Virus record (IMG/VR): IMGVR_UViG_3300026187_000056
Span: 1 to 31,916 of that record
DNA length: 31,916 nucleotides
Strand: one strand, 5' to 3'
Source: a virus
Taxonomy: Duplodnaviria; Caudoviricetes
Shown here piece by piece: positions 1 to 8,210 of this stretch. A program made the translations under genes and the position numbers. The notes beneath the pieces are model-generated. The model did not search any database. It saw nothing but the letters and a program-made list of their open reading frames with translations, and had not been told where the DNA came from. Position 1 is the stretch's first letter. The number at the start of each line of letters is the position of its first letter.

Positions 1-145
1 TGATCATTCTTTGTATATATTCCGAATTGATCTGAATTCTGCGACAGCGAACCAAAACAAATATTTGACGCTCAGAAACAAAACTATTTCAAAAGAGGGT
101 TTGCTGATAAATACGGCCAGAGCAACATCTGCCACAACTCAAAGC
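1..145. repeat. Terminal direct repeat, left copy (circular assembly overlap)
   Basis: 1-145 matches 31772-31916 except positions 17 and 19 (tatATAttc vs tatCTGttc); positions 20-145 match exactly. Confidence 0.97.
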
Positions 146-283
146 AGTTATAATCGCCAGGTTCCATTCCGAATCAGCGAATGCACAGATTTTGAATTCG
201 ATGTTCAATCAAGCAGCGGATCGAACGAAGTCTCAATATTTGTCGAAGCAGTAGTATTGAAAAATCCCTGGGGGCGTGAATAA
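2..283 (+). CDS. 3' part of the junction-spanning 245-aa protein
   Basis: In frame with the 31317 ORF through the terminal repeat; stop TAA at 281-283. Confidence 0.85.
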   Translation, partial: DHSLYIFRIDLNSATANQNKYLTLRNKTISKEGLLINTARATSATTQSSYNRQVPFRISECTDFEFDVQSSSGSNEVSIFVEAVVLKNPWGRE

Positions 284-438
284 TGCCATTGATTCAGGGA
301 TATAGTGAGAAGTCTATTTCTGAAAACATCCGGCGCGAAATCAGAGCAGGAAAGTCGCGGAAACAAGCGACAGCAATCGCTCTGTCGGTAGCCCGTAAAG
401 CCAAAGCAAAGAGGAGCAAACAACGTGGGAAAACTTAA
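283..438 (+). CDS. Small basic phage protein, 51 aa (not in ORF track)
   Basis: TAATG coupling; MPLIQGYSEKSISENIRREIRAGKSRKQATAIALSVARKAKAKRSKQRGKT resembles the common phage MPL..G.S...IS.NI..E...GK..KQA.AIALS family. Confidence 0.85.
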   Translation: MPLIQGYSEKSISENIRREIRAGKSRKQATAIALSVARKAKAKRSKQRGKT

Positions 439-685
439 ACTCGCATTTGAAATCGGTCGATTCGTCGTTTTTATCGTCACTTCACTGAAAACTCTGGTTC
501 TGAACGCTGAAGAGCAGCTGCCAGAGGGCGGTCATGGAAAAGAGAAGTTCGAGGCTGTCAAAACTGCCATTCTCATGGCTGCGAAATACGCTGAGATCGC
601 TGACGAAGCAATAGAAGCTGTTGATGGCTTCATTGATGAGCAGATCGAGGGCGCTGTTTCCAAGTTCATCAACAAGCCTGAATGA
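425..685 (+). CDS. Putative holin-like protein (LL-H-type signature)
   Basis: N-terminal hydrophobic stretch, then AEEQLPEGGHGKEKFEAV motif; directly upstream of and coupled (ATGA) to the endolysin; SD gaggag upstream. Confidence 0.5.
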   Translation: MGKLKLAFEIGRFVVFIVTSLKTLVLNAEEQLPEGGHGKEKFEAVKTAILMAAKYAEIADEAIEAVDGFIDEQIEGAVSKFINKPE

Positions 686-1065
686 AATACTTCAATCTGC
701 GGGAATTCGCTTGCCAGTGCGGGGAATGCGACTCAGACGGCAGTGAAATGTCTGAAACCTTTCTTGAAGCACTGGAAGCCCTGCGCTACATCTGCGGATT
801 CCCGTTTATCATCACTTCCGGCTACCGCTGCCAGCTGCATCCCGTAGAACGCCGCAAGAAGGCTCCAGGGACGCATTCTGGCGGGGTCGCTGCCGACATA
901 TCAGTCAGCGGAGATAAAGCCCTGGCGGTGCTTAGAAACGCTCAGAACATGGGCGTATTCACCGGGATCGGCGTCAACCAGCGGGGCAGCGGCCGATTCA
1001 TCCATCTTGATATAGCCGGAGACTTTGAATTCGGCGCTCCACGACCGCACATCTGGTCATATTAA
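682..1065 (+). CDS. Endolysin, peptidase M15A family
   Basis: YF...EFAC.CG, ITSGYRC, H..G.AADI and FIHLD zinc-peptidase motifs. Confidence 0.9.
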   Translation: MKYFNLREFACQCGECDSDGSEMSETFLEALEALRYICGFPFIITSGYRCQLHPVERRKKAPGTHSGGVAADISVSGDKALAVLRNAQNMGVFTGIGVNQRGSGRFIHLDIAGDFEFGAPRPHIWSY

Positions 1066-1077
1066 TACCATTTTTTG

Positions 1078-1130
1078 TTGGCTTTTATGAACTGAACGGG
1101 GTATTCTCTGTGCTGCGGTAATTTTGCCGC
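1078..1130 (+). promoter_or_regulatory. Possible sigma70-type promoter plus leader hairpin for the recombination operon
   Basis: TTGGCT-N18-TATTCT (1078-1107), then hairpin GCGGTAA-TT-TTGCCGC (1115-1130). Confidence 0.35.
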
Positions 1131-1150
1131 GTTCAAAAAGGTAGCAAATA

Positions 1151-1876
1151 ATGAATCCAGATCAATTGGAAGAAGTTGTTCAGCTTCAGCAAAAACGCCA
1201 GGACTTGTTTGAAAAAGCGCAGCAGGAAGCGCTTGAATCAGACGTCTCTATAACTCCCGCATTTATCTGGGATACTTTATCTAAGATTGACTGCTCCAAG
1301 CATATCGAAAAGAAAGGCAACTTGACGTATCTGTCTTGGGCTTGGGCATACGGCATCATGATGGATAATTATCCAGAAATGCAGTTCTATATTGCTGATG
1401 ATGAAGTTCAGCAGGATGGCACGATTCTGGTGAATGTGATCGTCACAATTGGCGATATGACTCGCAAAATGTGGCTTCCGGTCATGGACAACAGAAACAA
1501 GCCGGTCGCCAATCCAAATGCTTTCCAGATCAATACGACAAGAATGCGCTGCTTGACCAAGTGCTTTGCGCTGTTTGGTCTGGGGCATTACATCTATGCG
1601 GGCGAGGATTTGCCGCAAAGCGATGAAGTCGATCCAGAATCGGATGCAAATGCGGGATATATAACAAAGCATCAATATGATGATCTGATGGGCCATGCTG
1701 AATTGGCTGGCGCTGATATAGGCAAATTTTGCGAATGGCTTGGAATTGAAGAATTGGCAGATTTGAAATACAAAGATTTCGATTATGCCTACAGTGCCAT
1801 GTGCGAAAAACTGCAAAGAAAAGTAAAAGAAGAAACGCAAGAGCAAATAAAGGAAACAAAAAATGAGAGTGAGTGA
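1151..1876 (+). CDS. sak: Single-strand annealing protein, Sak/DUF1071 (Rad52-like)
   Basis: IEKKGNLTYLSWAWA, MWLPVMDNRN and MRCLTKCFALFGLGHYIYAGEDLP motifs; adjacent to exonuclease and SSB. Confidence 0.88.
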   Translation: MNPDQLEEVVQLQQKRQDLFEKAQQEALESDVSITPAFIWDTLSKIDCSKHIEKKGNLTYLSWAWAYGIMMDNYPEMQFYIADDEVQQDGTILVNVIVTIGDMTRKMWLPVMDNRNKPVANPNAFQINTTRMRCLTKCFALFGLGHYIYAGEDLPQSDEVDPESDANAGYITKHQYDDLMGHAELAGADIGKFCEWLGIEELADLKYKDFDYAYSAMCEKLQRKVKEETQEQIKETKNESE

Positions 1877-2477
1877 GCATGAACAGGGCTCTCCGGGCTG
1901 GTTTGCTGCGCGGTGCGGGATTCCGACCGCCAGCAGTTTCAGCCGGATCATCACCGAAAAAACGGGCCAGAAAGCCAAAGCGATTGAGAAGTACATCAAT
2001 CAACTGGTCGGCGAGCGTGGCACTGGTCGCTGGAAGTTCACACCAGATACTCCGGCGACTCGGCACGGCAAAGAGAATGAGCCAATTGCGAGGAAGTATT
2101 ACGAATTTCTGTATGACACAGAGGTTTTTGAGATTGGCTTATGCTTGCACGACGATCTTGATGCGGGCGCAAGCCCAGACGGATTGATCGGCGATGATGG
2201 GCTTTTGGAGATCAAATGCCCGTATGAAGCTGATATTCACATCGGATATTTGCGCGATGGAGTTCTCCCTGGAATCTATAAGCAGCAAGTGATGGGCCAG
2301 CTGTGGGTGACTGAACGCGAATGGTGCGATTTCTTTTCGTATCACAAGGATTTCGAGCCATTGAAAGTTCGCGTCTATCGGGATGAAAAATTCATATCGT
2401 CCCTGGCTCAATATGTTGCTGAGATGTTGGAAGAAGTTGAAGAATTAACCGAAAAATACAAAAGGAAGGACAAATAA
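1863..2477 (+). CDS. YqaJ/lambda-exonuclease family protein
   Basis: [33 protein letters not shown] and [16 protein letters not shown] motifs. Confidence 0.93.
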   Translation: MRVSEHEQGSPGWFAARCGIPTASSFSRIITEKTGQKAKAIEKYINQLVGERGTGRWKFTPDTPATRHGKENEPIARKYYEFLYDTEVFEIGLCLHDDLDAGASPDGLIGDDGLLEIKCPYEADIHIGYLRDGVLPGIYKQQVMGQLWVTEREWCDFFSYHKDFEPLKVRVYRDEKFISSLAQYVAEMLEEVEELTEKYKRKDK

Positions 2478-2875
2478 TGGCTGGAGTAAATAAAGTGATT
2501 TTGGTGGGCAATGTTGGTCAAGATCCCGAAATGCGGGGAACCGACAAGCCGGTGGCGAATGTTAGCGTTGCGACCAGTGAAAGCTGGAAGGATAAAAACA
2601 CTGGAGAGAAGCAGGAAAAAACCGAATGGCATCGTGTCGTTTTCTTTGGGAAGCTGGCCGAGATTGTCGGAATGTACGTCAAGAAAGGCACGAAACTGTA
2701 TGTCGAGGGCAAGCTGCAAACCCGGTCGTGGGAGCAGGATGGCGTCAAGAAATATACGACCGAAATCGTCGCCAATGAAATGCAGATGCTCGATTCCAGG
2801 GGATCAACAGAATCGGTTGCAAAAACAACCAAAAAAGCTGATGATCGTGAAGGATTTGGTGATATTCCATTTTAA
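2477..2875 (+). CDS. ssb: Single-stranded DNA-binding protein
   Basis: [30 protein letters not shown] and acidic DIPF C-terminus. Confidence 0.97.
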   Translation: MAGVNKVILVGNVGQDPEMRGTDKPVANVSVATSESWKDKNTGEKQEKTEWHRVVFFGKLAEIVGMYVKKGTKLYVEGKLQTRSWEQDGVKKYTTEIVANEMQMLDSRGSTESVAKTTKKADDREGFGDIPF

Positions 2876-2880
2876 TTAAC

Positions 2881-2910
2881 AAAAAAAAGGCCCGCTTTTT
2901 ACGGCGGGCC
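2881..2910 (-). terminator. Intrinsic terminator-like hairpin oriented on the minus strand
   Basis: A8 then GGCCCGC-TTTTTACG-GCGGGCC; the U-tract exists only on the minus strand. Confidence 0.55.
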
Positions 2911-2944
2911 GAAATCTCACATGGATATGAGAGGACAAACAACT

Positions 2945-3190
2945 ATGAACACCGACATTATAGATTTTGGCCAATGCGTTCGCAATGCGCAGGAGCGCAC
3001 GTTTGTGCGCCAGGCTGACATCGCAAGGGAACTGGGCGTCCGACCACAATCAGTTGCCAGATGGATTCGTGCCAAAGATGTGAAGTTGTCGATTGCGATA
3101 AAAATCGCTGCCGTTTGGAAATTGGATATCGGGGCATTTATTCATAAATACTCAGATATCAAAAACGCGCAGTGGGATTACAATGAGTGA
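2945..3190 (+). CDS. Cro/XRE-like helix-turn-helix regulator
   Basis: QADIARELGVRPQSVARW HTH; SD GAGGA before ATG 2945. Confidence 0.85.
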   Translation: MNTDIIDFGQCVRNAQERTFVRQADIARELGVRPQSVARWIRAKDVKLSIAIKIAAVWKLDIGAFIHKYSDIKNAQWDYNE

Positions 3191-4106
3191 TGTCATGGAC
3201 AAAGCCCGAGGTCGGTGGGCTGGCATACTCAGAACTCTGGGCGTCGAAGAACAATTCCTGAAAAACCAGCATGGCCCCTGCCCGATGTGCGGCGGCAAGG
3301 ATCGTTATCGCTGGGACGATAAAAACGGCGATGGCACTTACTACTGCAACAGCTGCGGCGCTGGTGATGGATGGCTTCTGGCCCAGAGGCTGACTGGCGA
3401 AAGTGCGAGCGCAGTGGCGAAGAAGATCTTCAACATGGTTGGCGGGATAGCTAAAAGCCAATCAAAGCCAGTTGATGATATGGAGCGCAATCGGCAAAGA
3501 TTGAATCGAATCATGCAGGGTTGCGATGTGGCTGCGGAAATCAGCGCTGTGCGGCTTTATCTGCGCAATCGCGGCTTGCCAATGTCGAACCATATCTTTT
3601 TCCATCCCGCGCTTTCGTATTACCAGGACGGCGGTGAGCTGGGCAAATATCCAGCAATGCTGACAAAGTTCTACCAGGGCGACAAAGCCGTCACCATCCA
3701 TGCAACGTATCTGACGCCAGACGGCAAGAAAGCCAATGTTCTGGCTCCGAAAAAGATATTCCCGAAGTGCGGAGAACTGGCTGGCAGCGCAATCAAGCTG
3801 ACCGAAGTCTATCCAGAGATGGCAATTGCTGAAGGCGTCGAGACTGCCCTGGCTGTTATGAAGATGTTTAACATGCCTTGCTGGGCGTCTGGTACTGCCG
3901 GACTAATGGAGAAGTTCAATGCTCCAGCAGAAGTGAAGCATCTGCACATCTACGCTGACAACGACTCCAGCTTCACGGGCCAGGCGGCTGCTTACAACTT
4001 GGCAAAGCGGCTCGCAAAACAAAAACTATTCTGCCAGGTACATGTCCCAGAAGATCGGGGTTTTGATTTCGCTGATTACATAGAGGAAAAAAGCAATGGC
4101 TTATAA
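3183..4106 (+). CDS. DNA primase: P4-alpha-type Zn-binding domain plus Toprim domain, no helicase domain
   Basis: HGPCPMCGGKDRY..DD..GDGTYYCNSCGAGDG; IAEGVETALA and IYADND Toprim motifs. Confidence 0.9.
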   Translation: MSDVMDKARGRWAGILRTLGVEEQFLKNQHGPCPMCGGKDRYRWDDKNGDGTYYCNSCGAGDGWLLAQRLTGESASAVAKKIFNMVGGIAKSQSKPVDDMERNRQRLNRIMQGCDVAAEISAVRLYLRNRGLPMSNHIFFHPALSYYQDGGELGKYPAMLTKFYQGDKAVTIHATYLTPDGKKANVLAPKKIFPKCGELAGSAIKLTEVYPEMAIAEGVETALAVMKMFNMPCWASGTAGLMEKFNAPAEVKHLHIYADNDSSFTGQAAAYNLAKRLAKQKLFCQVHVPEDRGFDFADYIEEKSNGL

Positions 4107-4308
4107 AACACGTTTCTACGCAATAAACAGAGGAAGCTCAATCAAACTAGAGGAAGTTTTCTGGGAAGTAATTGATGAGCAAGCTGAAAAAGATGGAATT
4201 CAATGGAAAAATTGGGTTGATCAGAAGCTGGAGAAAAGGCCCGAGAATGTTGGTCGGGCTTGCTGGTTGCGCGTTCAAATTGTAAATATTTTAAGAGAAG
4301 CCGCATAG
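4096..4308 (+). CDS. Ribbon-helix-helix (RHH_4-like) DNA-binding protein
   Basis: SSIKLEEVFWEVIDEQA ... ACWLRV pattern. Confidence 0.7.
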   Translation: MAYKTRFYAINRGSSIKLEEVFWEVIDEQAEKDGIQWKNWVDQKLEKRPENVGRACWLRVQIVNILREAA

Positions 4309-4309
4309 C

Positions 4310-4723
4310 ATGGAAGGGCAAACGTGGAAAGTGAACAGCAAGCACACAAAAGAAAACTTCTTAAAGCATGTCGATGAACTTTTTGAAAAGCATGGATATG
4401 TGAGTTTCAGCTGGGAGACCGGGCAGCAGCGCACTAAGAAGCAGAACAATTCGCTGCATTTGTGGCTTTCGCAGCTGGCCAAGATGTTGAATGATGCCGG
4501 GCTGGATATGAAAAAGACGCTGAAAGCAGAAACAGAGATTCCCTGGACAATGATTTCCGCGAAGGAACATCTTTGGAAGCCAATCCAGCAGATTGTGATC
4601 GGAAAGGAATCAACGGCAGAGGCGCAGCGAAAAGATTATAATGATATTTATGCTGTACTTAGCCGACATTTTTCCGAAAAACATGGAATTCGTGTACCAG
4701 AATGGCCATCGATCAATGATTAA
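4310..4723 (+). CDS. NinB/Orf-like recombination accessory protein
   Basis: RTKKQNNSLHLWL motif and ST-like C-terminal motif; lies near ninG. Confidence 0.6.
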   Translation: MEGQTWKVNSKHTKENFLKHVDELFEKHGYVSFSWETGQQRTKKQNNSLHLWLSQLAKMLNDAGLDMKKTLKAETEIPWTMISAKEHLWKPIQQIVIGKESTAEAQRKDYNDIYAVLSRHFSEKHGIRVPEWPSIND

Positions 4724-5252
4724 TTACAAAATCAGACAAACGTGGCGCGAGTTCAGCAAAGACGCAATTGTCGAAGAGGCGCTGAATCTCAAAACCATCA
4801 AAAAGGATCGCCAGTCTCAGGTTGTGGGCTTGATGGGCGAGCTATGCTTTGGGCGGTATTTAATCGATAACGAAATCGACTTTGAATATCTAGCGAATAA
4901 GAGCATGGATTTTGACTTTGAATCGAACGGCATTTTTCTTGATGTGAAAACTTCTTATTCAAAGTATCAGCCGCAACCGCATTGGATTTGTCGGATACCA
5001 GAATATCAGCATTTTCAGCGATCTGATCTTTATGTTTTTTCTGGCGCCGGTGACGCAGAAGTTCATCTATATGGCTGGATCAGCAAGCATGAATTTTGGT
5101 TCGGCGACAAGAGTTGGCGCGAAGAGGAAGGAACTATCAACGAGATCACTGGCAAGCTGAACCGGGCTGATTGTAGGGTGATGAAGATTGCAGATCTAAA
5201 CCCGATGGATGATCTGGTGACTTTTCTTGCACACAAGGGTGATGCGCACTAG
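4716..5252 (+). CDS. Putative PD-(D/E)XK restriction-endonuclease-like protein
   Basis: GLMGELCF...DFDFESNGIFLDVKTS fits E...D...(D/E)xK; later DLYVF and YGWISK. Start at ATG 4716 overlapping the upstream gene. Confidence 0.55.
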   Translation: MINYKIRQTWREFSKDAIVEEALNLKTIKKDRQSQVVGLMGELCFGRYLIDNEIDFEYLANKSMDFDFESNGIFLDVKTSYSKYQPQPHWICRIPEYQHFQRSDLYVFSGAGDAEVHLYGWISKHEFWFGDKSWREEEGTINEITGKLNRADCRVMKIADLNPMDDLVTFLAHKGDAH

Positions 5253-5811
5253 ACGCTGCTCACTCTGTCGCAAGAAAGTGCCAGCCGAGAATGCTGTAAT
5301 CGGCCAACTGCGGGCGTTTTGCTCGATGGAGCATTTGATTGAATATGCCAGAAGCGACAAGGGCAAAAAGATTGCAGAGAAGGGTTGGAGGCAGCAGAAA
5401 AGTGAGATACTCAAAAAACAGAAAACCTGGCGAGATTGGTGCAAGGAAGCGCAAAAGGAATTCAATGCGTACATTCGGGCCAGAGACGCCGGAAAGCCCT
5501 GCATATCCTGTCACAGATCTTTGTCTGAACGCTCTATTGGCGGGGACTACGATTGTGGTCACTTTCGCAGCGTTGGTTCTGCTCCACATTTGAGATTTCA
5601 CGCTTGGAATGCGCACGGCCAGTGTAAAAAATGCAATCGATATCTGGGCGGCAATTATTCAGAGTATCGGCGAAGATTGCTTACCAGGATTGGAGTAGAT
5701 AAAGTTGACAGTTTGGAAGCCGACTATTCGACAAAGAATTACACTTATCACGATTTGCAGAGAATTATAAAAATCTGCAAAAAACGGCGCAAACGCTATG
5801 GGAATCAATGA
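5242..5811 (+). CDS. ninG: NinG/Rap-family endonuclease
   Basis: CSLC...FCS..H, AQKEFNAYIRARDAGKPCISC, DCGHFRSVGSAPHLRF..WNAHGQCKKCN. Confidence 0.92.
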   Translation: MRTRRCSLCRKKVPAENAVIGQLRAFCSMEHLIEYARSDKGKKIAEKGWRQQKSEILKKQKTWRDWCKEAQKEFNAYIRARDAGKPCISCHRSLSERSIGGDYDCGHFRSVGSAPHLRFHAWNAHGQCKKCNRYLGGNYSEYRRRLLTRIGVDKVDSLEADYSTKNYTYHDLQRIIKICKKRRKRYGNQ

Positions 5812-5962
5812 TCCAGTTGTTCCAAACCAGAGCCAGGAGCAGAAAGACAAGCTGCGCGAGGATCTTGAGCGCCAGATCAAGGAATATTTGGAATCCGGCG
5901 GGAAAATCAAAAACCAGCCGATAATTACGAAAACAGTACACAAAAAAAAGCCCCAGAGGTAG
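5798..5962 (+). CDS. Small SutA-like (RNAP-binding domain) protein, 54 aa (not in ORF track)
   Basis: MGINDPVVPNQSQEQKDKLREDLERQIKEYLESGGKIKNQPIITKTVHKKKPQR; K..R..L....E(F/Y)L..GG(K)I motif. Confidence 0.65.
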   Translation: MGINDPVVPNQSQEQKDKLREDLERQIKEYLESGGKIKNQPIITKTVHKKKPQR

Positions 5963-5978
5963 CATTCTAGGGCTTTTT
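5945..5978. terminator. Bidirectional intrinsic terminator
   Basis: AAAAAGCCC-cAGA-ggtagcat-TCTa-GGGCTTTTT. Confidence 0.65.
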
Positions 5979-5981
5979 AAT

Positions 5982-6009
5982 GACTGATCAATCTGGTAGA
6001 TTATCAGTC
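5982..6009 (+). promoter_or_regulatory. Extended -10 promoter embedded in an inverted repeat
   Basis: TGgTAGATT at 5994-6002 inside GACTGAT-c-AATCT-ggt-AGATT-ATCAGTC. Confidence 0.45.
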
Positions 6010-6445
6010 TGTCGGTGGCGTTGACTGCGCCGGATGTACCGACCTGGGAGAGAGACGAAACAGATCGATACGCCGATGTGCGTATTATCTTGTGTCTCTC
6101 CTGCTAGGTCAACACTACATCTTGCGGTCACCATCGTCCGGTGGGATAAATTTCGACCGAAACTCCGAAATCATGGCAAGCTGATGCCTTTAACTACAGC
6201 TGCGGAAACGTGTAACCGAGCCAGCACTAATCCTGCTCTGTCGCGCCCATGACAACAGGGAACTGCAAACCCGAAAGGGACAAAGCCTGGCGAGGCAGCG
6301 AAGGAACGGGATGCGAGTGCATTCCTAGTACGCAGGGCAGACTCACCGCGAGGGTGGGCTGAGTAATGAGTACCACGGCGAAAGCCGTCCGCTCCGGCGG
6401 GTGCAAGGGCCAATCGCAGACGGCGCTGTCTGGGCTTTTGCAGGG
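6010..6445 (+). ncRNA. Large structured non-coding RNA of unrecognised family
   Basis: Seven stacked helices in 6013-6136 with G-U pairs that work only on the + strand. These are followed by hairpins with GAAA loops (6201-6212, 6270-6279, 6375-6388) and a cUCCGg loop (6389-6400). No credible ORF. Confidence 0.75.
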
Positions 6446-6477
6446 GAAAATGGGTGAATTGTGTTTGGGGGTAGCGA

Positions 6478-7956
6478 ATGATCAATTTATACGAGCATCA
6501 ACAGGCGGCAATCGATCAAATTCGGATGTCGTTCAAATCTGGGAATGAGAGGGTTTTGCTGGCCGCGCCATGCGGATTCGGGAAAACGATTGTCAGCGCT
6601 TGGATGGCAAAAGAGGCGCTCAGTCGCGGCAAGAAAGTGCTGTTTGCAGCTGACAGGGTGAAACTGGTCGATCAGACTCTGGCCGCTTTTGACAAGTTTG
6701 GGATCGATTACGGGGTGATCCAGGCTGATCATCCGCTGACCGATTACAGCAAGCCATGCCAGATCGCCAGCGTTCAGACACTTGCCCGGCGCAAACATAT
6801 CCCAGGATATGATCTCTGCATCGTTGACGAATGCCATACGGCATACAAATCAATGACCAAAATCATGGATCGATACAATGTTGCCAAATATATCGGATTG
6901 TCGGCAACGCCATATAGCCGGGGACTCGGGCTGATCTGGCAGGATCTGATCACACCAATCACGACCGAGAAACTGATCGAACTGGGATTTCTGACGCCGA
7001 TCCATTACTTTGGTGGGCGCTCTGTGGACGTTTCTAAGCTAAAAACAAGGGCTCTTGCTACTGGCGGCTCAGATTACGATCCAGGCGCCCTGGAAGCCGC
7101 CACAGACGCCGATACGGGCTTGGTGGGTGATATCGTTCGGAACTGGCTGGAACACGGCGAGAATCGCCAGACAATCGCATTCTGCCCGTCTATCAAGCAG
7201 AGCAAGTTTCTGGTGGATGAATTCAAGCGGCACGGCATCGAAGCCAGGCACATTGATGGATATGACGATGAAGGTACGCGCAGGGAGATCTACCAGGGCC
7301 ACGAATCCGGCGAATTCAAGATACTTAGCTGTTCCAAACTTCTGGGGGTTGGGTACGATAGTCCGAACACCAGCTGCTTGATCGACGCCAGGCCGTCAAA
7401 ATCGACGATTATGTACCAGCAGGCTGCGGGTAGGGTGATCAGATCCGCACCGGGCAAAGAATATGCGATCTACCTGGATCACGCCGGGAACGTCAAAAGG
7501 CACGGAATGAGCGAATTGCTTGTTCCAGACTCCCTGGATACCAGAGAAAACAAATTCTCCGAGCGCAAGCAGGTCAAGAAGGATGCCCCAGAAGAATCGG
7601 CGGTGAATGACTGTGAAAGCTGCGGCCAAATTATGCAGGGGCTGAAATGCAGCAGTTGCGGCCATGAGATTCACATCACCAAAGCACTGGAAAGCACCAA
7701 CGAACTGCTGGTTCGCATGACCGGCAAGAAAAAAGCATTCAGCCAGGAAGAGAAATCGATCTGGTACTCAAATCTGCTGAAATATGCCAGGCAGTCTGGA
7801 TTTAAAGACGGCTGGGCTGCATATCAATACAAGTCAAAATTCAAAGTCTGGCCCAGGCAAATAAAACTCGATGTGAATGCGCCGATACAGCCAGAAGTGA
7901 TAAATTATATACAATCAAGACAAATCGCCTATTCCCGATGGAAGGCGAAATCATGA
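6478..7956 (+). CDS. Superfamily 2 (DExH) helicase with C-terminal Zn ribbon
   Basis: APCGFGKT Walker A, IVDECH, GLSATP, QAAGRVIR, YLDHAGN; CESC...CSSCGH. Confidence 0.95.
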   Translation: MINLYEHQQAAIDQIRMSFKSGNERVLLAAPCGFGKTIVSAWMAKEALSRGKKVLFAADRVKLVDQTLAAFDKFGIDYGVIQADHPLTDYSKPCQIASVQTLARRKHIPGYDLCIVDECHTAYKSMTKIMDRYNVAKYIGLSATPYSRGLGLIWQDLITPITTEKLIELGFLTPIHYFGGRSVDVSKLKTRALATGGSDYDPGALEAATDADTGLVGDIVRNWLEHGENRQTIAFCPSIKQSKFLVDEFKRHGIEARHIDGYDDEGTRREIYQGHESGEFKILSCSKLLGVGYDSPNTSCLIDARPSKSTIMYQQAAGRVIRSAPGKEYAIYLDHAGNVKRHGMSELLVPDSLDTRENKFSERKQVKKDAPEESAVNDCESCGQIMQGLKCSSCGHEIHITKALESTNELLVRMTGKKKAFSQEEKSIWYSNLLKYARQSGFKDGWAAYQYKSKFKVWPRQIKLDVNAPIQPEVINYIQSRQIAYSRWKAKS

Positions 7957-8210
7957 TCCCAGCTGGCGGTGGATTGGGTTTTTGTTGTTATTTCCCCCAG
8001 AAAACACCAGCAGCATTCGATGGGTTACTCCCCTTGAGAAGTTCATTCGGCCCAGGCGCATGCCGTCCGGCCCACGCTACGGGCCACTAAAATGATCTGC
8101 GGAGACTGCTGGATTTACGCCGACGATCCGTTTTGTACGCCGGAATCGCACGAATCTGTGCAAAAATTGATCAAAAGTGAACAAAAAAGTGATTTATTTC
8201 ATCAAAACTG

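Noticed and set aside
6179-6215. CTGATG...GAAAC looks like a hammerhead ribozyme core
   Set aside because: The core reads CUGAUGC, not CUGANGA, and the flanking stems do not form as required.
6263-6300. GCAAAC-CC-GAAA-GG-GACAAAGCC resembles part of a c-di-GMP-I riboswitch
   Set aside because: It lacks the GC after GAC, and I see no P3 arm with tetraloop receptor or P1; treated as a sub-element of the larger RNA.
6034-6548. ORFs 6034-6252, 6366-6548 and minus 6171-6485
   Set aside because: Weak SD and atypical composition; the sequence is better explained by RNA helices.
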